A stretch of 64,000 nt of DNA from Omnitrophica bacterium GWA2_41_15 (lineage in GTDB: Bacteria > Omnitrophota > Gorgyraeia > Gygaellales > UBA12090). A program made the translations under genes and the position numbers. How positions within the stretch are numbered: position 1 is the stretch's first letter; each line of letters begins with the position of its first letter. The stretch is taken from assembly GCA_919902675.1 (NCBI GenBank), contig CAKKRH010000001.1, positions 3 to 64,002 on the forward strand. Direction: 5' to 3'. The notes beneath the pieces are model-generated. The model made no database searches. It saw nothing but the letters and a program-made list of their open reading frames with translations, and was not told where the DNA came from. This document shows, piece by piece, positions 24,838 through 34,230 of this stretch.

Positions 24838-24852
24838 GCGTGAATTACTAAA

Positions 24853-25575
24853 ATGAATCTATACGGCAGAAATTCGATTTTTGAGCGTTTAAAGATAAAT
24901 CCTAAAAGCATAAAAAGGATACTTCTTGAAGAGGGTAAAGATTTAAGCAGTATCAGGCGCCTCTCTAAGTCTAATGGTATCCCTTTTAATTGTTTTCCTC
25001 AAGCCAGATTTGATAAGTTCTCCCGGAATATCCGTTCCCAGGGCGTGATTGCCGAAGTGGAGGAATTTCAATATGCCAACCTGGAGGATATACTTGATCC
25101 GGAAAAAGTAAAGCCCCCAATCATCTTATTTCTGGATAACCTAAACGACCCGCAAAATTTAGGGGCGATACTGCGAACCTGCGGCTGTTTTGGAGGATTC
25201 GCGGTAGTGCTTCCTAAACATGATTCGGTGGAGGTAACTGAGGCGGCTTTAAGGGTAGCCTCCGGCACGGAAAATTATGTTCCGGTGGCCAAGGTTAACG
25301 GTTTATTGCCGGCAGTTATTTTGGCCAAGGAGCGCGGTTTTTGGATTGGCGGGGCGATGACCACCGGAGGCCAGGACATTGCCTCAGTCAGATTAAACTT
25401 TCCCTTAGGCCTGATAATCGGCTCCGAGGCCAAAGGCATCCGGCAGTCTTTGACCAAGGAGTTGGATTTCGGGCTTTCCATCCCTATGCACACCGGAGGC
25501 TTGTCCTTTAACGCCGCCACAGCCGCCGCGATATTCGCTTACGAAGCCATACGCCAGAAAAGAAAACAAAGTTAA
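24853..25575 (+). CDS. rlmB: SpoU/TrmH family RNA 2'-O-methyltransferase (RlmB-like)
   Basis: LDNLNDPQNLGAILRTC, IIGSEAKGI, LSFNAATAAAI motifs. Confidence 0.8.
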   Translation: MNLYGRNSIFERLKINPKSIKRILLEEGKDLSSIRRLSKSNGIPFNCFPQARFDKFSRNIRSQGVIAEVEEFQYANLEDILDPEKVKPPIILFLDNLNDPQNLGAILRTCGCFGGFAVVLPKHDSVEVTEAALRVASGTENYVPVAKVNGLLPAVILAKERGFWIGGAMTTGGQDIASVRLNFPLGLIIGSEAKGIRQSLTKELDFGLSIPMHTGGLSFNAATAAAIFAYEAIRQKRKQS

Positions 25576-25639
25576 TCCGTCGGCACCACCATCTTAGCGC
25601 TTCCGCTGTTTTTATTATTAGATTATATGCAAATGTAGC

Positions 25640-25657
25640 GGTGCGATTTATCGCACC
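25640..25657. repeat. small hairpin repeat TGTAGCGG-YGCGATTTATCGCRC (copy 1)
   Basis: GGTGCGA ttta TCGCACC. A near-identical copy lies at 38198-38213. Confidence 0.6.
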
Positions 25658-25675
25658 CCACGAGCGGATTCTCAA

Positions 25676-26734
25676 ATGAAAAGCGAAGTCTATTTTATCC
25701 CGCTTAATTCTAAAGATATCCGGGAAAGAGTTTCGGCTTTAGAGAAACTCAATGACCGGCTCAGCCCGTTTTTAACCTATAAAAAAGATGAGCTGGTCCC
25801 GGTCAAGCTTACTATCGGGGATTCAACCTGCGTCTATAATATCAATCCCCAATTAGTTAAGGTAATCAGCGCGGGAATAAAAAAACGCTCCGCCAAGCCC
25901 TTTATTTTTGACACCTCGGTTATCTACAGCGGCAGGCGCCAGAATGCCTTTGACCATCTCACCTTGGCCCAAGACAAAGGATTTGGTTATGTTAAGGCGG
26001 GCGCGCCCTTTATAATTGCCGACGGCCTCCTGGGCCAGGACGGACGAGTTTATGAAACCGGTTCCCCGATTATCCCCAAGATTAAGGTCCCTTCCTTTGT
26101 GGGAATGTTGGACAGCCTGGTGGTCTTGACCCATGCCACCGGGCATATCGTTTCCGTATACGGAGGAGCGATCAAGAATGTGGCGATGGGGATGTCCTGC
26201 CGGGCCACTAAGCAACTTCAACATTCTTCGCTTAAACCCAGTGTCATCGCGAAAAAATGCTCCTCCTGCGGCTGTTGTATCGCCGTCTGCCCGGCCGGAG
26301 CCATTACCTATGATAAGGACAATAAGGCCCTGATAAACCAGGGGCTTTGCGTAGGCTGTGCCGAGTGTATCTGCGCCTGTAATTTTGACGCGGTCTACAT
26401 CAACTGGAAAGAAGACCCCCGCGTATTCTGCCGCCGGATGGCTGATACCGCCAAAACTATCCTCTCTAAATTCAAAAACAAAATCTTTATCACCTTCGCC
26501 CTGGATATCACCAAAGAATGCGACTGCATATCCACCAAAGATGAGAAAATGATTTCCCAGGATATCGGAATTTTGGCCTCTACCGATATCTTAAGCCTGG
26601 ATAAGGCAGTGGTAGACTTGATCAATCAGGACCAGCACCGCCATTTCAAAGACGCCGGGGTATACGAAGATATGTTCAGCTACGCCTCATCCCAAGGGCT
26701 GGGAAATTTAGAATATAACCTGATAAAAGTATAA
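25676..26734 (+). CDS. DUF362 domain protein with inserted 2x[4Fe-4S] ferredoxin motif
   Basis: N-terminal VYFIPL...VPVKLTIGD DUF362-like pattern. CSSCGCCIAVCP and CVGCAECICAC ferredoxin motifs. Confidence 0.65.
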   Translation: MKSEVYFIPLNSKDIRERVSALEKLNDRLSPFLTYKKDELVPVKLTIGDSTCVYNINPQLVKVISAGIKKRSAKPFIFDTSVIYSGRRQNAFDHLTLAQDKGFGYVKAGAPFIIADGLLGQDGRVYETGSPIIPKIKVPSFVGMLDSLVVLTHATGHIVSVYGGAIKNVAMGMSCRATKQLQHSSLKPSVIAKKCSSCGCCIAVCPAGAITYDKDNKALINQGLCVGCAECICACNFDAVYINWKEDPRVFCRRMADTAKTILSKFKNKIFITFALDITKECDCISTKDEKMISQDIGILASTDILSLDKAVVDLINQDQHRHFKDAGVYEDMFSYASSQGLGNLEYNLIKV

Positions 26735-26792
26735 GTGTCTTTTGTTCGTAGATAGGTTGGGTAGCCGGTTAATGGGATAACGGAAGATCTCA

Positions 26793-26862
26793 CTTTGGAT
26801 AGGCGGGACATTCTTGTCGTGCCGCCGTCGGGGCGGGGTTAGAAAACCCCATCTATCCAAAG
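26793..26862. repeat. Y-shaped double-hairpin repeat element (copy A, degenerate)
   Basis: CTTTGGATAG...CTATCCAAAG outer stem enclosing GGCGGGAC/GTC..GCCGCC and GGGGTT/AACCCC hairpins. Homologous to 42604-42666. Confidence 0.7.
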
Positions 26863-26909
26863 TCTCTCGTAGTAACTTTTACCCCATTTCTATGTTAGAG
26901 AAAATAGTA

Positions 26910-26954
26910 TTGACAGCAGTTTCTATTTTTGTTATATTGCTCCACAAAAGGAGC
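26910..26954 (+). promoter_or_regulatory. sigma70-like promoter plus small dyad
   Basis: TTGACA 26910-26915, 17-nt spacer, TATATT 26933-26938. GCTCC-N6-GGAGC dyad at 26939-26954. Confidence 0.5.
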
Positions 26955-26975
26955 ACGAGTTTAATTTATTGAGCA

Positions 26976-27542
26976 ATGATCAATCCATATCTTATTTCTA
27001 CTAATCATCAGAAAGTTTTAAGCTTCTTCGTCCTTCATCCGGGCGCGTCTTTTTATGAGAGGGAAATCGCGCGTAAGAGCGGCTTGAGCCCAAGTTCAAC
27101 CCACTATGTTTTGACGCGTCTTTATCGGGCGGGCGTGATTAACCGAAATCAAAATGGCCGGATGTATTTTTATTTTGTTGATGCGACAAACCCTTATCTT
27201 AAAGAGTTTAAGGGCTTGGCTAATTTGCTTTTAATTGAGCCTTTGGTGGAAAAGTTGAAAGGATTAAGCCATAAAATAGTCCTCTTTGGCAGCTGGGCAG
27301 AGGGAAGCGATAATAAGGATAGCGATATAGATCTATTTATTGTCAGTTTTGAAAAAGAAAAGGCGCTATCAGTAATCAATAAATTCTCTTATTCCGCTAA
27401 ACTCTGTAATCGCAAGGTCCAGCCGATTATCAAGTCTCCGGAAGAGCTTTTAAGAAAAGGTAAAGAAAAAAGCGTATTCTTTGAGCAAGTAGAGAAAGGG
27501 AAAGTCCTCTGGGAAAGGGAGATTAATGACGATATCCTTTAA
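26976..27542 (+). CDS. wHTH-fused minimal nucleotidyltransferase (MNT-type antitoxin)
   Basis: N-terminal wHTH (YEREIARKSGLSPSSTHYVLTRL) followed by the GSWAEGSDNKDSDIDLFIV NTase motif. Confidence 0.7.
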   Translation: MINPYLISTNHQKVLSFFVLHPGASFYEREIARKSGLSPSSTHYVLTRLYRAGVINRNQNGRMYFYFVDATNPYLKEFKGLANLLLIEPLVEKLKGLSHKIVLFGSWAEGSDNKDSDIDLFIVSFEKEKALSVINKFSYSAKLCNRKVQPIIKSPEELLRKGKEKSVFFEQVEKGKVLWEREINDDIL

Positions 27543-27966
27543 AGATTGCCTGGAGAAGAAAAGGATTTTTCGTTTTGAACCGGCAAAACAATTAGTCGAC
27601 TTTGAAATTAAAGACGCGGAAAGTGATTTGCGCTCTGCCCAGGAAGAATTCTCGGCATCCGGCTTTAAATGGGCCACCATCAAGGGTTATTATTCTATGT
27701 TTCACTGCGCGCGGGCGTTACTTTATTCTCGCGGCTATCGCGAGAAGGGCCATTATTGTCTTTACCTGGCGCTAAAGGAATTTTTCGTCCAAGAGAAAAA
27801 ATTAGACCCTAAGTTAGCCGAGGACTTTAATAATTCTATGATTCTTCGAGAAGACGCTGATTACCGGAGACATTTTTCCCGGGAGGGAGCTCAAGCGGTC
27901 ATTGAAAGCGCTAAGATATTCCTCAAAGCCGCGAAAGCGATACTTCCGAAAAAGGAAGGGAAATAA
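27526..27966 (+). CDS. HEPN domain protein (toxin partner of MNT)
   Basis: HEPN-like helices and an REDADYRR (RxxxxH-like region) motif. 17-nt overlap with the NTase gene. Confidence 0.7.
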   Translation: MTISFKDCLEKKRIFRFEPAKQLVDFEIKDAESDLRSAQEEFSASGFKWATIKGYYSMFHCARALLYSRGYREKGHYCLYLALKEFFVQEKKLDPKLAEDFNNSMILREDADYRRHFSREGAQAVIESAKIFLKAAKAILPKKEGK

Positions 27967-28237
27967 CGCGTCCGCAATTATTCTTGCCACGGCAATGCTC
28001 CGACTAATTTTTTCTCGTTTCATTAACGCGATTCTTTGATATTTAAGCATTGGCAACTCTTTTCCACCGCTATTATAGCAGATTAAGAATAATGTAGGAA
28101 TAATGGGGTCAGAGTGAATCTAGGATGACAGAATCGTGAGAGAAATGGAGAGAATGCTTAAAAATTAGGCTTAATCTCCTTGATGGGTGTGTACCCGGGG
28201 GAAAATTACTAATTGCTAGAAAGGTAAAAATAATATT

Positions 28238-29104
28238 ATGATACAACTTTTGATGGGAATCATAATTCTTGCAATTGGTGCTGTCTGTATGTGGATGGGT
28301 GGAAAAATGGCTGAAAAAGGTTTGGAGAAATTGTGCAATCAGACTAAAACTATTGAGCACGCGAATGAATCGATAGGATTTGACATAAAAGCAAAAAGGT
28401 CAGAAATTGAAGATAATACAGCAATGGACAACAAAATAGGTTTTAAAGTAAAAATGGAAGATTCCACTTTTAAAAGAAATACTTCAAAAGGCACTCTAAC
28501 TGATAAAAAAGGACAAGCAACAGAAACTAAGAATATGGAGATAGTAAAAACAAATAATCAAAATGACAAAAAGGGCAAAATAATCGGAAACTTAATAATA
28601 AATTGTAATGTTGGAGTTAGTGGCAGTTTTGACGATACTGAAATAAAGCATAACTTAACCGATAGTGATGTGTTAAATAAAAAAAGTGTAGTAGAAAAAA
28701 TTAATATTTTAGACAACAATTTGTTAAATTTTGAGAAAATAAAAGATAGTAAATCAATATTCGAGCAATCTAGTTTTTATCAGACTACTTCCGAAAGCTA
28801 TGGAGCCTATGGAGAATGGGAAAAAGCTATAACTTATGCCTATAAATCGTTTGAGTTGTATCTTAAAATCCCATTAGGAGATAACCCATTCATTAAAACA
28901 GAAAAAGATAAAGAGGATGCCGCCTTATTTCTATGTGCAAAGCTTAACTTTTATGCAAATACTGTTAGAAAAGAGAGCGGCAAAAATTACATTTATTTTT
29001 TAAATGAATTACTAAAATTAGCAAAAAGAAATAACAGTACCAAAGGAATAAAAATATTGGAAGAAAGAATAGCTTTAGAAAAATCGGGAGATTTAAAAAA
29101 ATAA
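28238..29104 (+). CDS. hypothetical membrane-anchored protein, AT-rich gene
   Basis: 288-aa ORF with one N-terminal TM helix and a K/N/I-rich composition. The DNA is visibly more AT-rich than its surroundings. Confidence 0.45.
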   Translation: MIQLLMGIIILAIGAVCMWMGGKMAEKGLEKLCNQTKTIEHANESIGFDIKAKRSEIEDNTAMDNKIGFKVKMEDSTFKRNTSKGTLTDKKGQATETKNMEIVKTNNQNDKKGKIIGNLIINCNVGVSGSFDDTEIKHNLTDSDVLNKKSVVEKINILDNNLLNFEKIKDSKSIFEQSSFYQTTSESYGAYGEWEKAITYAYKSFELYLKIPLGDNPFIKTEKDKEDAALFLCAKLNFYANTVRKESGKNYIYFLNELLKLAKRNNSTKGIKILEERIALEKSGDLKK

Positions 29105-29234
29105 GAGTTATGGAGTTATCCCCTGGACGTTAGACATCAATTGACAGCGTGCCAAGATAAGCTCTTTGTAAACTAATTGAATAGAAGGTATCTGTAATTT
29201 AACAGTGCACTAGTATGGCTAGTGATTAGGGCGG

Positions 29235-30575
29235 TTAAGAAGTGAAGGTGAAATCTTTGATATAAAGGCTTGGGGCGTAGATTGAACCTAAGGTTTCTAA
29301 GTGGTCGGCAATGAGTTTTCTTTCCTTGGAGATATGTGTAATCCGCGAGAAGGCTTCAAGTATGCATTCGGTAAAGCGCATATCTTTCAGGGCGGACTTT
29401 ATTTTCCCTTCTTCAATCAGAAACGTCCCGTCGCGGGTCATCCCGGTCATCAGTGCCCGCGGGGTATCCAGAAAGCCGTTGATATAGTGAAAACGGGTGA
29501 TCAGGATTGCTTTCTTGGTTGATTTTATTATCTTTTCTTCAGGCAGTGTTCCGCCTTCCATCACCAGATTCTGCCCCAAGGGACCGTCAACATCATCGGG
29601 AAAGTTGGCGTGGCCGCTGGATCTGGTTTTGAGAATCTTCGCGTAATAGCTGTCGCGTAAGGGTTGTCCGGCAATGCCTTTTTTAATCAGGTATGTTTTC
29701 TCGCGGCTTAGGCCTTCAAAATCAAAAGGCAGAATAAAGGTATTCTTGTCCTTACCGTAATCATAAATACTTACGCGATTTCCGCAGACGCGTTTTCCCG
29801 CCTTATTATAGAGAAAGCTGGTTTCTCCGGCTACGGATTTGGCCCCAAAGCCGATATAATTAAGCCAATGAACAAGCTCTGCCACCGCCGCCGGCTCTAA
29901 AATTACGTCGTAACGGCCCGGCTCAAGGCCCGTCTTTTTAAGCCCCAAGAGGCATTTTTTAATCGCTCTCCCGGCAATTTCCTCAGGCCTTAATTTTTCA
30001 ATATCATAATCCGTGTTCCCGGCGTAGGCGCTTGATTCTCCTCGCGCGGCGATAAGCTTTATCCCGGCAAAGGAATAATCCTGATAATTCATTTTTCCTT
30101 CCGGCGAGATAACTGCCAGCTGGGTGAGGCCGTTATGAAAATTACCCGAAAAACTTACTTTCATATTTTCTGCGCCGGTAAATATTTTCCGCAGTATTTT
30201 CGCGCGCTCGGCGCTTGAGGCGCGGACGGTTTTTTTAAAATTGACTCCGGTTAATGCCTTAAGCGGTTTAAATGAAACAATAGCCTTATTTTCCCGAATG
30301 TCTATTTTTATCTTTGCCATATGCAGGGCCTTTTTAAAGGTTTCTTTAAGGTTTTGCTCATCCAGGGAATTGGTTGAGGCCAGCCCCATACGGCCGTCTA
30401 AAAGCACCTTGAAATAGATAATTTGATTTTCATCGCTTAGGTGCTGGTGGATTTGCGAGTTGGCGAAACGGCTTACCTCAAGGCCGGCGCGAAAGTATAC
30501 CACCCCGACTTTATCCGCTTCTTTGGTTTTTGTAAAGGGCTTTAATCTTCTCTTAAGATATTCTGGAGTAATCAT
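29235..30575 (-). CDS. pmbA: TldE/PmbA family metallopeptidase subunit
   Basis: 446 aa of PmbA_TldD family architecture. 4-nt overlap with upstream tldD on the minus strand. Confidence 0.8.
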   Translation of the reverse strand: MITPEYLKRRLKPFTKTKEADKVGVVYFRAGLEVSRFANSQIHQHLSDENQIIYFKVLLDGRMGLASTNSLDEQNLKETFKKALHMAKIKIDIRENKAIVSFKPLKALTGVNFKKTVRASSAERAKILRKIFTGAENMKVSFSGNFHNGLTQLAVISPEGKMNYQDYSFAGIKLIAARGESSAYAGNTDYDIEKLRPEEIAGRAIKKCLLGLKKTGLEPGRYDVILEPAAVAELVHWLNYIGFGAKSVAGETSFLYNKAGKRVCGNRVSIYDYGKDKNTFILPFDFEGLSREKTYLIKKGIAGQPLRDSYYAKILKTRSSGHANFPDDVDGPLGQNLVMEGGTLPEEKIIKSTKKAILITRFHYINGFLDTPRALMTGMTRDGTFLIEEGKIKSALKDMRFTECILEAFSRITHISKERKLIADHLETLGSIYAPSLYIKDFTFTS

Positions 30576-32053
30576 CGTTTTATCCCCACGGTGATTTTCT
30601 CAAAACGAGCCGGGCTGGTAAGGTGCCCGACATGCATTGCCTGGCCGGGCTCGCCCTTGCCGCAGGTGGGGATTCCCCAGAGATACGCGGAGTCCTTATT
30701 CGCCACGCCGCTGCAGTTATTCCAGAAATAGGCGGTTGTGGAAGCATATACCGGATTTTTGTAGGCGCGGCCTAATTTTCCGTTTTTGATTTCCCAGGCG
30801 ATCTCGGTGCCGAATTGAAAGTTCAGGCGCAGGTCATCAATACTCCAGCTTTTGTTGGTGCATAGGTATAGGCCGTTCTTGGTATCGGCGATGAGTTCAA
30901 AAAGGCTGGGCCTGCCCGGCTCTAAGTTTATATTGGTCATTCGGATGAGAGGGATATGGTTCCATGAGTCAGCGCGCATACAGCCGTTGCTTTCCTCTTT
31001 AACGGCAAGAGCGGTTTCTCTGGAAGTAAGATAGCCGCAAAATATGCCCTGTTTGACCAGTTCTATTTTTTGGGCCTTTATCCCTTCGTCATCATAGGCA
31101 AAGCTTCCCACTCCGCCGGGCAGGGTCGCGTCAGCGTTGATATTTACGTGTTTTGAGCCATAGCGGAATTTGCCGTATTTTTCTATAGTTAAGAAACTCC
31201 CCCCGGCATAACTAAGTTCAGCGCCGAGCACGCGGTCTAATTCTACCGGGTGTCCGCAGGATTCATGGACTTGGAGCGCTGTTTGGTAGCTGTCTAATAT
31301 AATAGTGTTTTTACCCACAGGGCAATCGGGGGCGCCTAAAAGCATAATTGCCTCATCGCGCGCGCGCGGGGCGTTTGCGGGGAAATTAAGCTCTTTGATG
31401 TATTCATAGCCTGACTGACGAATCTGCGAGTGGTGTGAAATGGGAAAGGAACGCTTTTGTATATGAGATCCTTCAGAGGCAGTTACTTCAAAAAAACCGC
31501 CGCTTTCAATAACGGATTGCTCAATTTCCGAGCCTTCGGTATTCACGAAGAATTTATCGGTTTTATAGAAATCAAGGGTAGACTGAGCGAATTTTATTTT
31601 TGGCGATTGCAGGAGTATCTCATTGGCGCGGAAGAGATAATGTAGTTTAGTTTCGGCTGAGACCTCAAAGGGGTTTATTTCATAATTAGAGGCATGGCTT
31701 ATGTGTGATGCCGGATGTGAGGGGAATACGGCTTTTATTTTATTGACAGTGCTTGAGGCCCGGGCAATCTCAAGGGCGAGTTTTATGTTTTTTTCAATTT
31801 CTTTCTCGCTAAAGACGCTCCCGCAGGCAAAGCCCCAGGCGCCGTTATAGAGCGCGCGGATGCCGTAGCCTTCGTCAATATGATGGGAGAGGTTTTCCAC
31901 GCTCCGGTTAAATACCGAGATGTTCTCATGCTGTTTTCTTACCCAGCGGATGTCCGCGTAGAGAGCGCCCTTTGATTTAAGTTTATGTATCATCGCGCGC
32001 AGGATGTTTTTCTTCATACGCGCTACTATAACACCCCGGGGAGCGCGCCGCAA
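30572..32053 (-). CDS. tldD: TldD family metallopeptidase
   Basis: HESCGHPVELDR metal-binding motif and GGSF, GxC motifs. The start may be the internal MKKNIL near 32017. Confidence 0.85.
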   Translation of the reverse strand: MRRAPRGVIVARMKKNILRAMIHKLKSKGALYADIRWVRKQHENISVFNRSVENLSHHIDEGYGIRALYNGAWGFACGSVFSEKEIEKNIKLALEIARASSTVNKIKAVFPSHPASHISHASNYEINPFEVSAETKLHYLFRANEILLQSPKIKFAQSTLDFYKTDKFFVNTEGSEIEQSVIESGGFFEVTASEGSHIQKRSFPISHHSQIRQSGYEYIKELNFPANAPRARDEAIMLLGAPDCPVGKNTIILDSYQTALQVHESCGHPVELDRVLGAELSYAGGSFLTIEKYGKFRYGSKHVNINADATLPGGVGSFAYDDEGIKAQKIELVKQGIFCGYLTSRETALAVKEESNGCMRADSWNHIPLIRMTNINLEPGRPSLFELIADTKNGLYLCTNKSWSIDDLRLNFQFGTEIAWEIKNGKLGRAYKNPVYASTTAYFWNNCSGVANKDSAYLWGIPTCGKGEPGQAMHVGHLTSPARFEKITVGIKR

Positions 32054-32095
32054 TAGATTTTGCGTTTTTTAAGGTTGTATATTATAATATTTCCT

Positions 32096-33496
32096 ATGAG
32101 AAAGCAGATAGTTCAAAAGCTAAGCCGCTATTTTAATTCCCTCAAGGCGCGAGAAATAAGGGACCTTTCGCTGGCCCTTAATCAGGAAATCCGGCGCCTG
32201 AATATCCACTATTTGAATGACTCAGGAAGCAAGCGCGACATCAAATTGGTGCTTCGGCCCTGGTTTATTAAACCTAAAGAGCTTGCCTTCTTTCACCGGC
32301 TTATCTATGCCTTTAAGGCGGCTAACCATAAGCTTTTCGCGCTGTATCTTGCCGATGCGAGGATCCGGGAAATAATGCCTTTACGGCGCCAGGAATGGAA
32401 GTGGTTTCAGCTGATTAATAAGCGCAGGCTCCAGAGGCATCAGGTGGTTTTTGGCAGGTGGGATACCAATGTCTCTTTTGATGAGCGGGAGAATATTACC
32501 GATATAAAATTCTTGGAAACCAACACCGTGGGAATCGGTGGGATTCATTATATCCCCGTGGTTTCTGAGGCCATAAAGAAGCTTTTAAAAACAGGCTTTG
32601 AGAAAACCATACATCCGTATTCTTTGAGATTTCAGGCAGACCCCAGGCAGCTTTTGGCCGAAGAAATCAAGCTTCATGCCCGGCGCATCGGCAGAAAGGG
32701 CCTTAATGTGGCATTCCTGGAAAACCGCGACTACGCCGGAGGCACGGTTGAAATCCCGGAGCTAAGCAAATATTTCCTAAAGTTAGGAATTAACGCCCTT
32801 GCCGCTGACCCCCGCCAGTTACACCTTAAAGGAAAGGAAATTTATTGCCGCGATACAAGAATAGACATAATGTATCGGGATTCGGAACTGCAGGAGTTAA
32901 TTGATATAGAAAGAAAAGGCCACAATATGGAGGTGCTTAAGCAGGCCTTTATCAATAATCAGGTTATTTCCTCCATAGAAGGAGAGCTTGACCACAAGAG
33001 CGGATTTGAGATATTCAGCTCTCCGGAATTTTCGCGCCTTTTTACCGCTCAGGAAAGGGCCTTGTTTAAAAAATACATCCCCTGGACTCGCCTTTTAAAA
33101 GATAGGAAAACCACGGATACCCAGTCGCGCATAGTTGACCTTGTGCCTTATGTGATAAAGCATAAAGACGCCCTGACTATTAAGCCCAACCGCGCCTACG
33201 GCGGGAAAGGGGTGGTTATCGGCCACACGGTGAGCAAGAATAAATGGCAGGAGTATATCGTCAAGGCCTTATCCGCCAGGGATGAGTATGTAGCGCAGAG
33301 CTTTGTCAACATCCGCGAAGAAACATTTCCCTGGTTTACTCCGGATGGCCGCGTAGCCTTTGATAAGTTTTATTCGGTTTCAGGTTTTGTGGTCAATCAT
33401 CATTCCACCGCGGTCTTAGGCAGGTTCTCTAAAGAGATGGTAGTAAACGTGGCCCGTAAAGGCGGGATTATCCCGACATTGGTGCTTGAGGCATGA
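32096..33496 (+). CDS. ATP-grasp-like protein (circularly permuted ATP-grasp / glutathionylspermidine-synthase-like), putative amide ligase
   Basis: FGRWDTNVSF...IKFLETNTVGIGG resembles the R-x-D...LE-x-N core of pre-ATP-grasp ligases. C-terminal KPNRAYGGKGVVIG is also consistent. This is a remembered motif only. Confidence 0.4.
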   Translation: MRKQIVQKLSRYFNSLKAREIRDLSLALNQEIRRLNIHYLNDSGSKRDIKLVLRPWFIKPKELAFFHRLIYAFKAANHKLFALYLADARIREIMPLRRQEWKWFQLINKRRLQRHQVVFGRWDTNVSFDERENITDIKFLETNTVGIGGIHYIPVVSEAIKKLLKTGFEKTIHPYSLRFQADPRQLLAEEIKLHARRIGRKGLNVAFLENRDYAGGTVEIPELSKYFLKLGINALAADPRQLHLKGKEIYCRDTRIDIMYRDSELQELIDIERKGHNMEVLKQAFINNQVISSIEGELDHKSGFEIFSSPEFSRLFTAQERALFKKYIPWTRLLKDRKTTDTQSRIVDLVPYVIKHKDALTIKPNRAYGGKGVVIGHTVSKNKWQEYIVKALSARDEYVAQSFVNIREETFPWFTPDGRVAFDKFYSVSGFVVNHHSTAVLGRFSKEMVVNVARKGGIIPTLVLEA

Positions 33497-33559
33497 TATC
33501 GTCTAGCACATCCGGCGCATAATCTTGTTGCAAAGAGGAATAAATTATGACGAATCTCC

Positions 33560-33640
33560 TTGACAAATCTGAATAAATATTGTATATTTTAATACAGATA
33601 GTTGTATAATAACATACAATAGATTGTATATATAAATTTG
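33560..33640 (+). promoter_or_regulatory. sigma70-like promoter followed by TTGTATA repeats
   Basis: TTGACA 33560-33565, 17-nt spacer, TATATT 33583-33588. TTGTATA occurs three times downstream, plus the inverted ATACAA. Confidence 0.45.
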
Positions 33641-33648
33641 CAGGCGAG

Positions 33649-34221
33649 ATGGAATACCGCATTGATAAAGATGGGCTGTTGAATAGGTTGAGCGCCTGGA
33701 ATGATTATCTTAAAAGAAGGGTGCGCCTAATTGCCTGCGGAGGCACCGCCCTTACTCTGCTTAATATAAAGGATTCTACTAAAGATATTGATCTGCTTGT
33801 CCCTGATATCAAGGAATACGAATATTTAGTAAAGGTTTTAAAACAATTAGGTCATAAGCCAGTCAGCGGCTGGGGTTTGAGCCGGGATGACGGATTTATC
33901 TTTGACTTATTCAGAGGCAAGGTAATCCATACTACGGAGTTATTGGATTCGCCGTTAAAGAAGGATAAGTATATCCCAATTAAGGAGTTTAGCCGTATTT
34001 ATTTAGGCGTCTTGAATTGCTATGATTTAATCATCAGTAAATTATTCAGGGCAACAGCGGTTGACCTTGAAGATTGCCTGCTTTTATTTAAAAACAGGCA
34101 TAGGGAAATAAGCCTGGACTATTTAGAGAGCCGCTTCTATGAAACTGCTTCTTATGATGTTTCTGAGGATAGGGTTATTAAAAACTGGAAGCATTTCTTG
34201 AAACTTATTAAAAAAGAGTAA
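33649..34221 (+). CDS. nucleotidyltransferase-fold protein (DUF6036-like)
   Basis: IACGGTALTLLNIKDSTKDIDLLV resembles a GG...DxD NTase-fold motif. Confidence 0.45.
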   Translation: MEYRIDKDGLLNRLSAWNDYLKRRVRLIACGGTALTLLNIKDSTKDIDLLVPDIKEYEYLVKVLKQLGHKPVSGWGLSRDDGFIFDLFRGKVIHTTELLDSPLKKDKYIPIKEFSRIYLGVLNCYDLIISKLFRATAVDLEDCLLLFKNRHREISLDYLESRFYETASYDVSEDRVIKNWKHFLKLIKKE

Positions 34222-34230
34222 ATAAAGCGA

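Noticed and set aside
28096-28125. GGAATAATGGGGTCAGAGTG shared with GGAGAATAGGGGTCAGAGTG at about 56197, downstream of both HEPN genes
   Set aside because: Only about 20-30 nt are shared. This is most simply residual homology from duplication of the MNT/HEPN module, and no structure or ORF is evident.
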